From Phycisphaerae bacterium (GTDB lineage Bacteria; Planctomycetota; Phycisphaerae; UBA1845), in contig CAXXGO010000001.1 of NCBI GenBank assembly GCA_963666835.2, positions 1,152,001-1,216,000 on the forward strand: a stretch of 64,000 nt of DNA. The letters run 5' to 3'. The notes below the pieces were generated by a model, which was not told the DNA's origin, did no database searches, and saw only the letters and a program-made list of their open reading frames with translations. The position numbers and the translations under genes are program-made. Below are positions 60,529 to 64,000 of the stretch, piece by piece; the stretch's first letter is position 1; each line of letters begins with the position of its first letter.

Positions 60529-61224
60529 ATGGCAAATGCATCGGTCGGGATCATCCGGGATTGCAGTCTCTTCTGCGGACTAAGTGAGACATCGCTCGAC
60601 AAGTTGGTGAGCATTGCGCGCACGGTCCGATTCAAGAAGGGAGAGCTGATCTTCCGCGAGGGGGATCCGTGTCCGGGCATCTTCGTGGTGGGCGAGGGGG
60701 CGGTCCGCGTGTTCAAGCTCGCCCCCGGAGGCAAGGAGCACGTCCTGCACTTCGCCTACGCTGGGGCGACTTTTGCCGAGGTGGCGGCGATCGGAAAGTT
60801 CGACTGTCCGGCCTTTGCCGATGCCACCGAGGACGCGGTCTGCGCCTTGATTCCGGAGCGAGAGTTCAGGCGGATCGTGACCGCCGACCATGGTTTCTGC
60901 ATCGAGATGATGACCGGCATGGCCAAGTGGGTCCATTCCCTCGTGGGTTTGTTGGAGGATCTGGTCCTTCGCGACGCGACGGGGCGGGTGGCCCGCCATC
61001 TCATCCAGTCGGACGAGACCGGGGGGCAAGGGGAGTTCTCTCTGCCGATGCGGAAGAAGGACTTGGCCAGCCACCTGAACCTGACCAGCGAGACCCTCTC
61101 GCGCACGTTGCATCGCCTGGCGGAGTGCGGCCTGATCGAGACCAAGGAGCGTAAGATCCGGATTCGTGAGTTGGCCAAGCTCCAAGACGTAGCGGACGGG
61201 CTCGCGCCGGCGGAGTTCGCCTGA
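60529..61224 (+). CDS. Crp/Fnr family regulator (HcpR/Dnr-like)
   Basis: FKKGELIFREGD, GKE...FAE, recognition helix LTSETLSR; divergent from the hcp operon. Confidence 0.92.
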   Translation: MANASVGIIRDCSLFCGLSETSLDKLVSIARTVRFKKGELIFREGDPCPGIFVVGEGAVRVFKLAPGGKEHVLHFAYAGATFAEVAAIGKFDCPAFADATEDAVCALIPEREFRRIVTADHGFCIEMMTGMAKWVHSLVGLLEDLVLRDATGRVARHLIQSDETGGQGEFSLPMRKKDLASHLNLTSETLSRTLHRLAECGLIETKERKIRIRELAKLQDVADGLAPAEFA

Positions 61225-61462
61225 CAGCACTTCGGGCTGGACCACAACGTCCTTGCCAAAGAGGAGTGTTGGGGGGCGGAGAGTTGCCCGAAGGAAGCTG
61301 CAATCACTGCCACTCTAACCCGTCTCCCGCGGTCGACCGGCAGGTTCTGATGGATCCCTTCGATGCCGACGGGCAACCGATCTACCGGACGGTTCGGGAG
61401 ATGACCGGCATAAACCCGTCTTGACCGAGCCGGGTGATCAAGTGCCGGGAATGTCCTGAGTA

Positions 61463-63418
61463 TCAGCCAACTGAGGCACAGACCGTGCCCACTGCGGAGA
61501 GTCCCGCGTCCGTTTCGACGCCTTGCGCGGGCGCGAGAGTGAAAAGAAACGTCGTGCCGTTTTCGGATTCGGGGTCGATCCAGATTCGGCCGCCGTGCCG
61601 CTCGACCACCTTGTGGCAAATGGCCAGACCTATTCCCGAACCTTCGTATTCACTGCGTCCGTGGAGGCGCGTGAAGGCCCTGAACACACTCTCTCGATGT
61701 TCCGGTTCGATTCCGATACCGTTATCCCGGACGCTCAACACCAGCGTTCTGTCGGCCTCTTTGGCTTCCAGGTGGATTGTCGGTTGCTGCCCGGGCGCGA
61801 CGAATTTCAGTGCGTTGCCGATCAGATTCTGATAGAGCTGCGTGAGCAACGTGGCGTCGCCCTTGATGTCGGGCAGGTCATCGACGATCTTGATCTCGGC
61901 CCGTGTTTCGGCGATTCGCTCCGCCAGGGCTTCGATGGCCCGATTGGCACAGTCCGCCAGCGACACGGTTTCGGTCTTCATGGCCGCTCGCCCGGCGCGC
62001 GACAGGGCGAGCAGGCTTTGGATGAGCTTGTGCATCCGGGTGGCAGCATCGGTTATGAAGTCCAGGTCTTTGGCAGCACGTTGCGGGAGGTTCCCCCCGG
62101 CGTCCGTTCGGAGCAACTTGCTGAAAGAGACTAACTTGCGGAGCGGCTCTTGGAGGTCGTGGCTTGCTATGTGTACGAAGTCGTTGAGTTCGGCGTTCTT
62201 GTATTCGAGGGCTTCTGCGTATTCTCGTAGCTTCTGCTCGGCCCGTTTGCGCTCACTGACGTCTCGAAGGACTTCGAGCTTACGCATGCGGCCGTCGGAA
62301 CTGTTGTTGAGCGTGGTATCGAGTACTTCGTAGGTGTTGCCGTTCTTGGTGGAGTGCCACTCCCATCGGCCGGTCTCTTCTGGTTTCTCTTTGTTGAGCC
62401 AGCAATTTGGGCAGGCTTCTGTGCGGTTGTCGAGGTACTCGTAACACTTGCGACCCTCAAACGGCCCGAGGAGCTTGGTGAGCGCCGGATTAGCGTACTC
62501 GATGTTGAAGTCCTCATCCGCCACGTAGGCCCCGTCTTCCATGGACTCCAGCATGCTGAGGAAGTTGTCCCTCTCGCGGCGGAGAAGGCGGTTGACCTCG
62601 ACGAGTTCGTTCGACCGCTGCTCAACGAGCTCCTCGAGATGCAGTTGATAGTCAGCCAGCTCTTGCTCGGCTTGATCGCGCTCTCGAAGTCGCCGCGCGG
62701 CATATCGACATCCGATGAAGATCCCGGTGATTCCCAGAACCCAGATGAGCCCGTGTCCCAGAATCATGGAAGCCATGCTTGTGCTCGCCATGGCGTTGTA
62801 GGGGGCCATCGGAACCGATACGCTGATGCCTCCGCGGACTTCACCGAGTTTGTATCCCTGATGTGCATGGCATTTGAGGCATGAGCGCTCAGTTATCATC
62901 GCGTGCATGAGGCGCAGGTACGGCTGACCATCCATCGTTTCTATCGAGCTGATCTCGGTTTCGCCGTGCTCGAATGCCAGCAAGGCCTCGGTCTCCCACG
63001 GATCTGCGGCGTTCTCGGGTCTGAGCGGGTTGAGACTGGTGATGTGCCCGCGGTGGCCGTACTGATCCCGGCCCAACTCGTGGACCTGCCGGGTCATGTA
63101 AGCCGGGTTGACTAGGGTGAGCTGCTTGCCAGTAGGGGTTGTGATATCACGCTCGTCGACGTAGCTGAGATATGGGTTCGGCGGAGTCAGCTCGGTCTTT
63201 GGGACATAGACGCCACCGTGCCGCGATGCCCATCGTCGGTAGATCAGGTCTTTGTTATAAGAACCCCGCGCCTCGGCCCGGGCGAAGTCGACGATGGCCC
63301 TGCGGGTCTGCCCGCCGTTCCAGGTGAGCGATGCGGCGACGATGATCGTCCAGAGCAGGATCAGGCGGATAAGCTGGCGATTCGGATCGCGTGATCTGGC
63401 GCCGGCCGGTCTGTCCAT
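61463..63418 (-). CDS. Sensor histidine kinase with a periplasmic DUF3365/Tll0287-like heme c domain, PAS, HisKA and HATPase
   Basis: Two TM segments; SLNPLRPENAADPWE...CLKCH...GEVRGGISV; ASHDLQEPL; QNLIGNALKF; DNGIGI; GSGIGL. Start chosen at 63418. Confidence 0.9.
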   Translation of the reverse strand: MDRPAGARSRDPNRQLIRLILLWTIIVAASLTWNGGQTRRAIVDFARAEARGSYNKDLIYRRWASRHGGVYVPKTELTPPNPYLSYVDERDITTPTGKQLTLVNPAYMTRQVHELGRDQYGHRGHITSLNPLRPENAADPWETEALLAFEHGETEISSIETMDGQPYLRLMHAMITERSCLKCHAHQGYKLGEVRGGISVSVPMAPYNAMASTSMASMILGHGLIWVLGITGIFIGCRYAARRLRERDQAEQELADYQLHLEELVEQRSNELVEVNRLLRRERDNFLSMLESMEDGAYVADEDFNIEYANPALTKLLGPFEGRKCYEYLDNRTEACPNCWLNKEKPEETGRWEWHSTKNGNTYEVLDTTLNNSSDGRMRKLEVLRDVSERKRAEQKLREYAEALEYKNAELNDFVHIASHDLQEPLRKLVSFSKLLRTDAGGNLPQRAAKDLDFITDAATRMHKLIQSLLALSRAGRAAMKTETVSLADCANRAIEALAERIAETRAEIKIVDDLPDIKGDATLLTQLYQNLIGNALKFVAPGQQPTIHLEAKEADRTLVLSVRDNGIGIEPEHRESVFRAFTRLHGRSEYEGSGIGLAICHKVVERHGGRIWIDPESENGTTFLFTLAPAQGVETDAGLSAVGTVCASVG

Positions 63419-64000
63419 ACCATGTCCTTCCAGGGCATCTGGGTGTTTTCGGATTCCGTGAAGACCGGGGCTCGCCATCGGACAGAAGGCGAGCCGACCG
63501 CCGCGAAGCTCGATCCGACAAGACACGCGACTGGGCTCAGGGGATCCGGAGTTGTCGTACTCGCAACGGTCATATCGGTATTGCGGAGGCTCTGATCGAA
63601 TCTGCCGTCCGAACACCGGACGTTGCGAAGAGGGCTGCTCCGGAGTTCTTGCACGAGTTAAGAGTGCCACACCGTTTGCGCAGAACGCTAGGGAACGCCC
63701 TAGTGGTCTTGTCGGTGGTAAGTATCCCCGAATGCCACAGCCGCGTTGCCGATGTCGGCGGAGGTGCGACGGTCTAAGTCATCAAGCTTCGCAGGGGTTT
63801 CCCTTGGTTGATAAGGGGCAAGCCTGTTCCTTCGAGCGGCATTCTACTGCCGCCTTTGAAGCGATTCGGGTGTTGCCGTTCGTCGGTTCAATGGCGACGG
63901 TGTTATGGTTGATCGGCTCCTCACGACGGGCCGTGTTGTTCTTGCGTTTTCGCTTGCGGCCCGGAACACACCGTGCCGTCGGAGCCAACGAGATCTTGGA

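Noticed and set aside
63782..64000. Possible 3' end of a minus-strand gene at the window edge
   Set aside because: No recognisable motif; cannot be supported from this window.

Overview
GC-rich bacterial chromosomal segment. The gene repertoire (DCNxNGxPDxCD repeats, dockerin-like tails, IPTL-CTERM proteins) suggests Planctomycetota, probably Phycisphaerae; this is inference. Housekeeping genes (tRNA-Pro, der, tnaA, rho, deoC, leuS, ABC-F, hcp with a Crp/Fnr regulator) alternate with large secreted Cys/Asp-rich proteins and REP-rich intergenic regions. Best candidate for an undescribed system is 46217-49609 (- strand). A signal-peptide transglutaminase-like/TPR protein overlaps (ATGA) a signal-peptide 'cage-less' mini-Rhs protein: only the DPxGL autoprotease core, hydrophobic helices and an HNH nuclease. 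A probable immunity gene follows, and the toxin/immunity pair is bracketed by a 201-bp direct repeat. Other highlights: a CxxU selenoprotein with a SECIS-like hairpin missed by the ORF track (18289-18516); a 2906-aa protein with about 40 disintegrin-like repeats plus 7 FG-GAP repeats; a TIR-flanked Y1 transposase with an apparently leaderless promoter; and a 50-bp templated insertion splitting a 1233-aa gene (possibly an assembly artefact). All calls come from reading motifs by eye; no database searches were run.
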